From contig CAZGGE010000004.1 in the NCBI GenBank assembly GCA_964524285.1, positions 1-44,071 on the forward strand: a DNA stretch of 44,071 nt, in the 5' to 3' direction. Source of the DNA: an uncultured Pirellulales bacterium. GTDB taxonomy: Bacteria; Planctomycetota; Phycisphaerae; Sedimentisphaerales; Anaerobacaceae. This document shows positions 10,096-18,845 of this stretch, one piece after another (position 1 is the stretch's first letter; the number at the start of each line of letters is the position of its first letter). A program made the translations under genes and the position numbers. Below the pieces are notes generated by a model. The model did not search any database. It saw only the letters and a program-made list of their open reading frames with translations, and had not been told where the DNA came from.

Positions 10096-11454
10096 ATGGA
10101 AACACTTTACGAACATCTCGTTGAAGGTTTTCAAAATATCAACATAGATGACGTGCCGGAGCAAAGACGAATAGGCCTGGAATTGAAATTCCCGCTGGTG
10201 AACCATGACGGTACGGCGGCCAGTTACGAAAAAGTTTGCCGGCTGTGGCAGTATCTCGAGTCCAAAGGCTGGCAATTCCTGAAGGACGGCATGACCAATC
10301 GTATAATCGGCGCAAAAAAACCCGGCCCGCAAAATGACACCATAGCCGGCTGTGAGACAGGGTTTTGCAAGATAGAATTCTCGATGGCTCACGTAGCAAA
10401 CCTCTTTGAGCTGGAAAAACTAATTGATGATTTGAAAATGGAGCTTAGGCCGTTCTGTGAAAAACATCACGTTCACCTGCTGGGCTACGGCATTCAGCCG
10501 GTTACACCACCTACCAGAAAGCTGCTTATGAAAAAGAGCAGAACGAGTCCGTGGGGACAGGTGTTTGGTTCTAACCGCTATGTAAGTGAGAGTGACGGAG
10601 ATGATTTTCACCTGTTTACCATAAACGCCGCGAGTCACGTGCACATCAGCGTTTCTCTGGAAGAGGCGGTAACCGCTGTCAATGTTCTCAATGGTTTTGC
10701 CGGTGCCCAGATAGGGCTGACCGCCAACTCCAATATATGGCAGGGACGCATCGACCCGTGCTACAAATGTGTAGCGGAAAAATTCTGGGACTGGTGGATA
10801 CCTGATGGAAAAAGAGTAGGTATGCCGCCCAGGCCTTTTGACGACCTTAAAGACTACTGTAAGCTCATCTCATCTCTTCGCCCGCTTTATGTAACCCGTG
10901 CCGGAAAGCCTATTGTGCTGAACAAATATAAAACGTTTTCGGAATTTATCCGAAAGGGCCGGGCCGTGGGAATCGACCCCGACGGAAAAGAAGTGTCATT
11001 TGTACCGGATAAAAACGATATAGATATGCACAGCACATGCTACTGGTATAATTCAAGAATTTCGAGATACTGTACAGTTGAAAATCGTGCAAATGACCAG
11101 CAGCCGCCGGGTGAGCTGCTTGCGGTCAGCGCTCTTACGCTTGGTTTGCTTTCTGCCCTGGAACAGGCAGAGGAAGTTCTGCAAAGATATCAATGGGCCC
11201 ATTTGCTGAAAGCAAGACAGGCCGCCTGTGAGCACGGGGTGAAAGGCAGCATAAGTAAGTTGGAGCTTGCTGAACTCACCAAAGAAATGCTGGAAGTGGC
11301 AAAGACAGGTCTGCAACGGCGGGGATTAGGGGAATTAATATATCTTGAACCATTGTTCGGGCGTTTACAGAGAAAAAGATGCCCGGCGGACCAGGCTGCG
11401 CAAATTTTCAGAGAAGGGGGAATTGACTCACTCGTAGATGCAAGACAGTTTTAA
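10096..11454 (+). CDS. carboxylate-amine ligase, glutamate-cysteine ligase family 2 (GCS2/YbdK-like)
   Basis: Blocks parallel YbdK-type ligases: IGLELKFPLV (cf. GxEEEF), ASHVHISV (cf. HVHVGV), LTANSNIWQGR (cf. SANSPFWxG), and YWYNSRISRYCTVENRANDQQP (cf. WWDVRP..TVExRxxD). It starts 16 nt after the proA stop. Confidence 0.6.
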   Translation: METLYEHLVEGFQNINIDDVPEQRRIGLELKFPLVNHDGTAASYEKVCRLWQYLESKGWQFLKDGMTNRIIGAKKPGPQNDTIAGCETGFCKIEFSMAHVANLFELEKLIDDLKMELRPFCEKHHVHLLGYGIQPVTPPTRKLLMKKSRTSPWGQVFGSNRYVSESDGDDFHLFTINAASHVHISVSLEEAVTAVNVLNGFAGAQIGLTANSNIWQGRIDPCYKCVAEKFWDWWIPDGKRVGMPPRPFDDLKDYCKLISSLRPLYVTRAGKPIVLNKYKTFSEFIRKGRAVGIDPDGKEVSFVPDKNDIDMHSTCYWYNSRISRYCTVENRANDQQPPGELLAVSALTLGLLSALEQAEEVLQRYQWAHLLKARQAACEHGVKGSISKLELAELTKEMLEVAKTGLQRRGLGELIYLEPLFGRLQRKRCPADQAAQIFREGGIDSLVDARQF

Positions 11455-11477
11455 CCATAATTATTAAGGAGATTATT

Positions 11478-12959
11478 TTGGCGAATTTGCAGGAAGAACA
11501 ATTACAACACAGGTGCCCCGGCATAATGACTTGTCCTTACAAACCGTTAAATGATTCCGATGTTAATCAGATTTCGGAGGCGGTTTTCGAGGTGTTGTCC
11601 AAATCAGGAATGCTCGTTTATTCACCCACAGCTTTTCAGGCGTTCAAAAAGGCCGGCGCCGATGTTGATTCGCAGTTGTGTACAGTAAAATTGCCACGCA
11701 GTCTGGTCGAAGATTGTATCGCATCGAATCCGTCTTCCATAACACTTTATTCAAGGGACCGCCAAAACGACGCAATCCTTGAAAAAAGCAGGGTACATTA
11801 CGGCACCGGAGGGACGGCTATTTACGTTCTGGACCCTGAAACGGGAAAACGCAGACCTTCCACAACGGGCGACGTGGCACTTAATGCCAGGATGGTAAAT
11901 CAACTTGAAAACGTGCACGTCTTTACTATCAATGTTTTCCCAAACGAAATAGAAGCCAAAGACAAGATAGATGTAAATAGATTTTTTCACTCCTTCGATA
12001 ATACCACAAAACACGTGATGGGCGGCGTTTATAATCTGGAGGGTACGCGCAGGGTTGTCCGAATGGCACAGAAAATTGCCGGCGGCGAAGAGGCCCTGCG
12101 GAAAGAACCTTTTGTCTCATTCATAACATTGATAATCAGCCCATTCAAAATTGACAAAGAGTACGGCGAAATGGCCTGTTACGTTGCCGAACGTGGTTTG
12201 CCGCTGGTAGTCCCAACCGAACCCATATGCGGAACTACCTCCCCTGTAACACTTGCCGGAAATATTCTTTCGCATATTGCGGAAACCATCGGTGGAATTG
12301 CTATGGTGCAGTGTGTCAACAAAGGTGCCCCCGGTATATGCGGAAGTGTTGGTTCAATAACCAACCTGAAGACTATGAGCCATCTGGGCGGTCCTGTAGA
12401 GCGTGCCATCATAAACGCAGCCACGGCACAAATGGCGCAGCATTTCGAAATTCCCCTTTACTCCACGGCCGGTACTTCAGATGCAAAAGAGCTTGACATC
12501 CAGGCCGCCTACGAAAGCGCTATGTCAAGTCTTCTGGTGGCAATGGCGGGGGCGAATTACATACACGACATCGCCGGCCTCATGGAGGAAGACCTTACCG
12601 TATCTTATGAAAAGCTGGTGATGGACGACGAGATACTGGGTATGTGCCAGAGGGTATTGCGTGGTATTGAAGTAAATGCCGACACGCTGGGGGTTGATTT
12701 GATAATCAAAAAAGGGCCAGGAAAGGATTTTCTCGCCGAAGACCATACAATCAAATACATGAGAAATGAATTTTTCATGCCCAGGCTCGCCAACCGCGAG
12801 AAAAGAGATCAGATGCAGCCCGGAAGTGATGCACTGTCCAGAGCTAAAAAGTACGTAAAAGAAATTATCGAAAGCAGTCGCGAATCCTGCCTGGATTCAC
12901 AGGTTCGACAAGAAATCCTCGGCGAGTTCCCGGAAATACTAAGCCTCGACGGCGGTTAA
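11478..12959 (+). CDS. MttB-superfamily (trimethylamine methyltransferase-like) protein, non-pyrrolysine member, paralog 1
   Basis: A 493-aa uninterrupted ORF with no in-frame TAG. MttB-family blocks: TKHVMGGV, EPFVSFITLIISP, EIPLYSTAGTSDAKELDIQAAYES, GANYIHDIAGLME, and LVMDDEILG. TTG start lies 6 nt after AAGGAG (11466-11471). Confidence 0.8.
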   Translation: MANLQEEQLQHRCPGIMTCPYKPLNDSDVNQISEAVFEVLSKSGMLVYSPTAFQAFKKAGADVDSQLCTVKLPRSLVEDCIASNPSSITLYSRDRQNDAILEKSRVHYGTGGTAIYVLDPETGKRRPSTTGDVALNARMVNQLENVHVFTINVFPNEIEAKDKIDVNRFFHSFDNTTKHVMGGVYNLEGTRRVVRMAQKIAGGEEALRKEPFVSFITLIISPFKIDKEYGEMACYVAERGLPLVVPTEPICGTTSPVTLAGNILSHIAETIGGIAMVQCVNKGAPGICGSVGSITNLKTMSHLGGPVERAIINAATAQMAQHFEIPLYSTAGTSDAKELDIQAAYESAMSSLLVAMAGANYIHDIAGLMEEDLTVSYEKLVMDDEILGMCQRVLRGIEVNADTLGVDLIIKKGPGKDFLAEDHTIKYMRNEFFMPRLANREKRDQMQPGSDALSRAKKYVKEIIESSRESCLDSQVRQEILGEFPEILSLDGG

Positions 12960-13068
12960 CCGTTGAGCTTATTTCACCACATTGCAATCCCGGATTTTGT
13001 GATACAGGATATTACCGGCGTATAATTATAAAATAAGCCGCAAGAACAGCTTATCAGGTCGGAGTGAT

Positions 13069-14313
13069 ATGAAAACCAAAAAGCTGAACATACCGAATCA
13101 AATGCTCTCGTCGGAAGAGGCGTGGCCTGTTTTGCACATCAAAACAGATGAAATGAATCTTCAGGCTTCAGGAGTGAAAGAGGTTGAGCTTGTAAATAAA
13201 CTGCTTTATGAAGCATATGAGCAGTTGCACGATAATAAAATTGCCGGCCAAACCTTTATAAAAGTACACATTGGAGAGCCAAAATGTGATACACGAATGA
13301 AACCACTTTATGTACAGAGCGGCGTGAAATGGCTTAAAAACAATGGAGCGACCGGCGTGGTCATTGGCGACACTACCGTCGCCTACACCGGAGCCAGAGG
13401 TCATAAAAGCAATCCGCCGGGCAATTGCAACGAGTATACAGGACTCGCAAGAAGACATAAATGGTGGAGCGATTCCGATGCCAATGCCAGGTTTGTCGTC
13501 CTTGACAGGCCTTCAACATCTCTGAAAGACGTTTTTTCATTTACACAGCAGGAAAAACGAATCGGAGTAGAAGGCATAAGTCGATTCAATGATTTTTATC
13601 TTGCCGGCGGTTTTTCAGCCGCCGACTTCATTCTGAACCACGCGCATCTTACGCTTCACGGGCTTGCAGGTGTCGCCGGATGTGTCAAAAGCATCGCAAT
13701 GGGTTGCTCGAGCCTTGCCGGAAAACTCAGGATGCACCAGTCACTACTGCCAAAATTCGATGCCCAACTTTGTGTTTTGTGTGGACGGTGCGTACAACAG
13801 TGTCCCGAAGATGCGCTTCACCTCGATAAAGAACGTGGATGTCCGGTCGTAGACCCTCAGAAGTGTATAGGCTGCGGTGAATGTGAAGCGGTTTGCGCAA
13901 CCGGCAAGGGAGCCGTTCACCTCGAAGGAAAAGAAATTACCGACTGGCAGAGAGGACAGGACACCCTTTCCGTGCGCATGGCAGATTACACCATCGGTCT
14001 TATGAACGAAAGATGGAAAAATGTAATTCACGTCCTGCACATGTATTCGATAACCGAACGCTGCGATTGCATAGATATGAAACAAAGTCCAATGATTGAA
14101 AAAGACCTCGGATTCCTCGCAGGAAAAAATCCGTTTGCAGTAGACAAACTGGGAGCAAAAATACTGATGGAACAAATGCAAAAAGAAGGGCAGGATGTTA
14201 CCGACCCTCTTCTGTATACAGCGGAAAAAACGTCCCGGTATGTTGCAGAAAACTACGGCATAATTACCGACGTACCCCTGATAACCAAATCGCCTTCTCA
14301 AAATGCCCCTTGA
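13069..14313 (+). CDS. DUF362-domain protein with an embedded 2x[4Fe-4S] ferredoxin module
   Basis: Two cluster motifs: CVLCGRCVQQCP (C235/238/241/245) and CIGCGECEAVC (C266/269/272/276), at nt 13771-13896. The flanking sequence (IKVHIGEP, VVIGDTTV, NHAHLTLHGLAG) is DUF362-like. Confidence 0.75.
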   Translation: MKTKKLNIPNQMLSSEEAWPVLHIKTDEMNLQASGVKEVELVNKLLYEAYEQLHDNKIAGQTFIKVHIGEPKCDTRMKPLYVQSGVKWLKNNGATGVVIGDTTVAYTGARGHKSNPPGNCNEYTGLARRHKWWSDSDANARFVVLDRPSTSLKDVFSFTQQEKRIGVEGISRFNDFYLAGGFSAADFILNHAHLTLHGLAGVAGCVKSIAMGCSSLAGKLRMHQSLLPKFDAQLCVLCGRCVQQCPEDALHLDKERGCPVVDPQKCIGCGECEAVCATGKGAVHLEGKEITDWQRGQDTLSVRMADYTIGLMNERWKNVIHVLHMYSITERCDCIDMKQSPMIEKDLGFLAGKNPFAVDKLGAKILMEQMQKEGQDVTDPLLYTAEKTSRYVAENYGIITDVPLITKSPSQNAP

Positions 14314-14370
14314 AAAAGGCTTTAGAATTTACTATATATCCTTACTCTGACGCATAATCAGGAACTAATT

Positions 14371-15885
14371 ATGGTATTAAAAACCGAAAAAACTGTTGAG
14401 GAGAAACCCGTGCAATTAGAGCAACGCCAGGGAATAGTGGTAACCCCGCATTGTCGTCTCAGTGATGAGCAGGTAAAACTGATTGACGAAACATCAAGAG
14501 ATATTTTGGAAAATCCGGGCCTGCTTTGTTATAATGCAGAAGCTGCCAGGCTGTTCAAAAAGGCTGGGGCAAAAGTTGAAGACCAGGACAAATGCGTCCG
14601 CGTTCGCCTGCCTTCGGAATTGATTGATGCCGCTCTCAAAACTGCTCCTTCGAAGGTCGTACTCGGCGCACGCAAGGAAGAGAATCGTCTGGTTCTCGAT
14701 GCTTACGAGCCGAGGGTCCGCTTTGGCAGCGGCTCCGAAACAAACGTCTGGCTCGATGTAGACTGCTCCGACAAAACACCGCTTTTCCAGAAAAAAAAGG
14801 GGACAATCGCTCATTTGTGTAATGCAGCACACCTTTGTGATAACCTTGAAAACCTCGATTTCTTCATACGCTGCGTTAACATTCGGGATGACAACGTTAC
14901 CGAGAACAACAAGGATGTGAACAAATTTCTCGCAAGCCTGAATAACATTACAAAACACGTCCAGGGAGGCCTGACGAAACTGGAGGCTCTGGACGACGTA
15001 ATACGCATTGGACGAATCATAGCCGGCGGTAAAGAAGCGTTCGAGAAAGAACCTGTCCTTTCCTTCATTACCTGTGTTGTAAAAAGCCCGTTACAGGTTG
15101 TGGACGACACCGCTTCAAAATTAATAGCTATTGCCAGACACAACGCCCCCGTGGTCGTATCGAGTTCCCCCATGGGCGGAGCCACCGCACCCTTTGACGA
15201 GTTCGGAATGGTGGCTCAAATTAACGCAGAGCTTCTGGCTGGCGTAACTCTTAATCAGCTTGCCCGCGAAGGAGCGCCGGTATTGTATGGCGCCGTTCCT
15301 GTGAGAACCCGCCTTGATAACCTGAACGATATGTATGGAGCACCGGAATTTGTTCACTACAATCTTGATTGTGCTCAAATGGCAAGATTTTACGGCCTGC
15401 CCTGCTATTCTACCGCCGGTGTCGGTGATACCGAAGTGCCCGGCATACAGGCCACTGTTGAAAAACTGATTACTTACGCAGGTGTATCACGCGGGGGTGC
15501 TCAGTATATCCATTACGCTTTCGGACTGCTCGAACGGACGAACACTTTTTGCCCCGTACAGGCCGTCATGGATAACGAGCATATCGGTATTGTCAAGAAC
15601 ATGCTGAAGGACGCTGATGTTTCCTCGGGTCTGAAGAAAAAAATCCTCGATATGGTTCGTGAAGTCATGCAGACCGACCACAAGACATACATGTATCACT
15701 TACCTCTGCCCACTCGTGAAGCGGTTTATACAAGCTACCCGCTGGAAAATGAACGGGGCGCCATATATGCAGCAAATGAAAAATATGAGAAAATAATGAA
15801 AATGCCGCGGAATCAGCTAAGCAAACAGTTAGCCGAAAAAATAAAGACCGAAATTGAGGGCATCCTGCCTGAAACACTTCAATAG
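14371..15885 (+). CDS. MttB-superfamily protein, non-pyrrolysine member, paralog 2
   Basis: A 504-aa uninterrupted ORF. It shares family blocks with paralog 1 (TKHVQGGL, EPVLSFITCVVKSP, GLPCYSTAGVGDTEVPGIQATVEK, GAQYIHYAFGLLE, AVMDNEHIG) but is otherwise strongly diverged. Confidence 0.8.
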   Translation: MVLKTEKTVEEKPVQLEQRQGIVVTPHCRLSDEQVKLIDETSRDILENPGLLCYNAEAARLFKKAGAKVEDQDKCVRVRLPSELIDAALKTAPSKVVLGARKEENRLVLDAYEPRVRFGSGSETNVWLDVDCSDKTPLFQKKKGTIAHLCNAAHLCDNLENLDFFIRCVNIRDDNVTENNKDVNKFLASLNNITKHVQGGLTKLEALDDVIRIGRIIAGGKEAFEKEPVLSFITCVVKSPLQVVDDTASKLIAIARHNAPVVVSSSPMGGATAPFDEFGMVAQINAELLAGVTLNQLAREGAPVLYGAVPVRTRLDNLNDMYGAPEFVHYNLDCAQMARFYGLPCYSTAGVGDTEVPGIQATVEKLITYAGVSRGGAQYIHYAFGLLERTNTFCPVQAVMDNEHIGIVKNMLKDADVSSGLKKKILDMVREVMQTDHKTYMYHLPLPTREAVYTSYPLENERGAIYAANEKYEKIMKMPRNQLSKQLAEKIKTEIEGILPETLQ

Positions 15886-15930
15886 CTGTAAAAACCTTGA
15901 CTAACCGGTTTATATGAGAGGAGTAAATTT

Positions 15931-17220
15931 ATGCCGGAATCTATGGACAATGAACAAATGGCCGCTTACAGCGAGGCGGCAAAAAGCGGACTCTACGCAA
16001 AAAGGTCCGGACTCATCGGAAAGTACGACAATGTAAGGAAGTACTGGGAAGACGAAATCTCGCGTAAAACTTTTTATCCGTACCTTCGAAAGCTCATAGA
16101 AAAAAGCCAGTCACGAATGCACCGTCTGAGAATTCTCGACCTGGGCTGTGGCAGCGCCGACGGCTACGAACTCCTGTGTGGAATAAGACAGAGAGACCCC
16201 GGACTAAAGGATTCGGAAGTAGACCTGCTCACTCCGGATGTGCTCGGTGTATATAAAGGCGTGGACCTCAACAAGGATTTAATGGAACAGGCAAAACAAA
16301 TATACGGGCACAATCCCAAAATGATTTTCGAACAGGGAGATTTCACCAGGGGACTGCCCGGAAAAAAGAAAGAAAAACCCTGGGATTTGTATTTTACTTC
16401 GTACGGAACCTGCTCACATCACAATACTGATGAAACCTTCGTCAAAATGATGGTGGATATCGCCGAGCACGTTAGCGATTACGCAATTGTCGTCTGTGAC
16501 TGGGTCGGACGTTTCTCTTATGAATGGCAGAGCCTGTGGACAAACGATTTTGATAAAGTCAAGAACATGGATTATGTCGTTTCTTATATCTATCCCAAAG
16601 AGAAACGCGAAGCACAAAGGGACAAGCTCCAGCATCTTACATTACGGCTGGTGAGCAGAAAAGAAGCAGAGGCTATGATAAGCCGGGCAAACAAAGAATC
16701 CGGCGCGGATATTAAAACCCTTAATTATTTCGACCGCTCCGTTTTCACGGGCCGGCACATGGACACCGCAGAATATAACCCACACGCACAACCTGTAAGG
16801 CAGGCCGTTAACTCCCTGCATGAAATAAACCTGAGAACCGATTTGGGGAGCTTGCTTATAAATTACGTACCAAAGAATGGTTTCGAGGAACTTAATGAAT
16901 ACTTTGGCCATCTCCAAATGTGCTGGAATCACCTTGTTCATTATACCATCGAGCTTTTACACAAATATGACGAAAAAAGAGAAACTTTAGCCGATGATTT
17001 GCCCGAAATCTCCGCCTCTTATCCGCCACCGCTCCGTACCATGATGGAGCGAATGCGCCGCGTCATCGAAGGAGTAGGCTGGCTTGGTATAGGTCTGCCG
17101 CGCGAAAACATCATAGAACCGCAGTTAGGTTATGCACTGCGATACCTCATCAGTAACCTTCAAAAGGGACGCGGCTGTGCACACGGCCTCGTGGGCATAT
17201 TTGAAATTGACAAAACTTAG
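15931..17220 (+). CDS. class I SAM-dependent methyltransferase with ~220-aa C-terminal extension of unknown function
   Basis: Motif I is RILDLGCGSADGYE, post-I is YKGVDLNKDLMEQA, and the motif II/III region is WDLYFTSYGTCSH. GAGGAG RBS lies upstream of the ATG. Confidence 0.75.
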   Translation: MPESMDNEQMAAYSEAAKSGLYAKRSGLIGKYDNVRKYWEDEISRKTFYPYLRKLIEKSQSRMHRLRILDLGCGSADGYELLCGIRQRDPGLKDSEVDLLTPDVLGVYKGVDLNKDLMEQAKQIYGHNPKMIFEQGDFTRGLPGKKKEKPWDLYFTSYGTCSHHNTDETFVKMMVDIAEHVSDYAIVVCDWVGRFSYEWQSLWTNDFDKVKNMDYVVSYIYPKEKREAQRDKLQHLTLRLVSRKEAEAMISRANKESGADIKTLNYFDRSVFTGRHMDTAEYNPHAQPVRQAVNSLHEINLRTDLGSLLINYVPKNGFEELNEYFGHLQMCWNHLVHYTIELLHKYDEKRETLADDLPEISASYPPPLRTMMERMRRVIEGVGWLGIGLPRENIIEPQLGYALRYLISNLQKGRGCAHGLVGIFEIDKT

Positions 17221-17258
17221 GTGCTGCAAGGGTATAGAATACCGGAGTATTGAAGAAA

Positions 17259-17768
17259 ATGCGAGCGGCATACTCAGATGCAAGAATCCATATTATCTTG
17301 TTAGGTTCTCGTCGTGATGAGCTGCTGCAGCAGGCGGCAGCTTTGCTGGCGCGTTATTGTCTGCCTTTTGAGTTGTCTGATGATATTTACGATTCCGTCG
17401 CTCGAATTGCTTGTTGCCGGGACGATTGCGAAGTCGTTGTGATAGCAAGGCATGAATTACTTGCCGGCGAGAAGGGGTATCTGATTCGCAAAGCCAGGCG
17501 GAAAGCCCTGACGTGCTGTTGTATTTACAGCCATGCCTTTCATAATTGTTTCATTCGTGAACAATTGCTTTCGGGAAGTGGTATTTTTTATGTACAGACC
17601 CCGGAGGAGATTGCCGAAGTTATCCATAAAAGACTTGCTTTCGTTACCGCCGACTCAATTTCCGGGGATGCCGGCAGGCGGGGCGACGACCTTATAACCG
17701 AAGGATTCCGTGCGAGTCAGGAGGAAATAGATGCCCTTCTGGGAGCAAGTAGTGATGACAAAGGGTGA
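17259..17768 (+). CDS. hypothetical protein with a possible pseudo-receiver fold and a C-terminal SQEEIDALL peptide
   Basis: The alternating beta/alpha pattern (IHIILLG...LPFELSDD...EVVVIARHEL) looks REC-like, but I see no acidic pocket or phospho-acceptor Asp. The C-terminal motif ASQEEIDALLG lies at nt 17712-17744. Start choice (ATG 17259 versus TTG 17250) is uncertain. Confidence 0.5.
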   Translation: MRAAYSDARIHIILLGSRRDELLQQAAALLARYCLPFELSDDIYDSVARIACCRDDCEVVVIARHELLAGEKGYLIRKARRKALTCCCIYSHAFHNCFIREQLLSGSGIFYVQTPEEIAEVIHKRLAFVTADSISGDAGRRGDDLITEGFRASQEEIDALLGASSDDKG

Positions 17769-18783
17769 AAGCGAAAAGTCAGGGGTAATGGTAGTTGGTA
17801 ATGTGGAGCGGGCATTCAGCGACGTTCAGGTACGGGGCCAATTTCCCTTTGAACATTATGATAGAGTTGTGGATGCAATCGACGCCGCCGGCAGGAACAA
17901 ATACCGGTTAATTGGCGTGGTGATGTCTGGAACTGCGGCTAATTTTGTCAAGGCGCTTAAATCATTGCGAAAAGTTTCACAAGCCGCCAGGATTGTTCTT
18001 CTTGCTGAGATGTGGGAAGAAGCGGAGGCTGTTCGCCTTACGCGGAGCGGGCGAAACGGCAGTGCTATGGCGGATGAATACCTGATGTGTCCGACAAAGA
18101 TAAGCAGTCTTGAAGGACTGCCGGTTTATAACGGCAAACCACAGGCAGGGGAAGATAAGAAAGTCGCGGATTTCATGGACGAGCAGCGAATAACTGAGCT
18201 GGAGAAGCTTGCCACCACCGATGAGCTTACGGGATTGAAAAACAGACGCTACATCTGGGAATTTGCCAGACAGATAATCAAACGTGCGCAGGAAATGGAG
18301 GAGCGTGTAACACTTTTGATTTTCGACATAGACGACTTTAAACATTATAATGATCTTTACGGTCACTCGGCGGGCGACCAGATACTCAAGCAGGCTGCGG
18401 TACTTATCCAGCGGTGCTGTCGTGCCCATGATGTAGTGGGCAGGATAGGTGGTGATGAATTTGCCGTTATCTTCTGGCAGCATCCCTCAAGGTCGCCCGG
18501 TGATGCGGAGAGGCGGTCGGCATCGGCGGAGCCTCCAAAAGAAGCAATATTTATCGCCAAAAGATTCCGCAGCGAATTAAGCAAGGCGGAATTTGATTTG
18601 CTCGGCCCGGAAGGTAAGGGTGTATTGAGTATAAGCGGAGGGCTGGCAGGTTTTCCGAGGGATGCCCGTAACATTAGTGAGCTTGTAGAGCAGGCCGATT
18701 CTGCACTATTACAGGCAAAAAGGAGCGGCAAAAACAGGATATATCTTGTCGGCACGCCACAGGCAGATATTGAGAATATGTAA
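17731..18783 (+). CDS. diguanylate cyclase (GGDEF) with a degenerate receiver-like N-terminal domain
   Basis: The GGDEF active site is intact (RIGGDEFAVIF). RxxD I-site (RAHD) lies 5 residues upstream, and DELTGLKNRR is present. ATG 17731 lies 6 nt after AGGAGG (17719-17724) and overlaps the previous ORF by 38 nt. Confidence 0.88.
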   Translation: MPFWEQVVMTKGESEKSGVMVVGNVERAFSDVQVRGQFPFEHYDRVVDAIDAAGRNKYRLIGVVMSGTAANFVKALKSLRKVSQAARIVLLAEMWEEAEAVRLTRSGRNGSAMADEYLMCPTKISSLEGLPVYNGKPQAGEDKKVADFMDEQRITELEKLATTDELTGLKNRRYIWEFARQIIKRAQEMEERVTLLIFDIDDFKHYNDLYGHSAGDQILKQAAVLIQRCCRAHDVVGRIGGDEFAVIFWQHPSRSPGDAERRSASAEPPKEAIFIAKRFRSELSKAEFDLLGPEGKGVLSISGGLAGFPRDARNISELVEQADSALLQAKRSGKNRIYLVGTPQADIENM

Positions 18784-18845
18784 TATTTGAGCCTGATGAA
18801 TCGGTCGATAGGGAATATGGTATGATTTCTTTTAGTATGACAGTG

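Noticed and set aside
15448-15460. GCCACTG (B12-box-like) string as a hint of a cobalamin riboswitch
   Set aside because: It lies inside the coding sequence of MttB paralog 2, with no surrounding riboswitch architecture.
11478-15885. Possibility of pyrrolysine (UAG-encoded) MttB genes
   Set aside because: Both MttB-family ORFs are full length without any in-frame stop. No pylTSBCD-like genes or tRNA are visible in the window.
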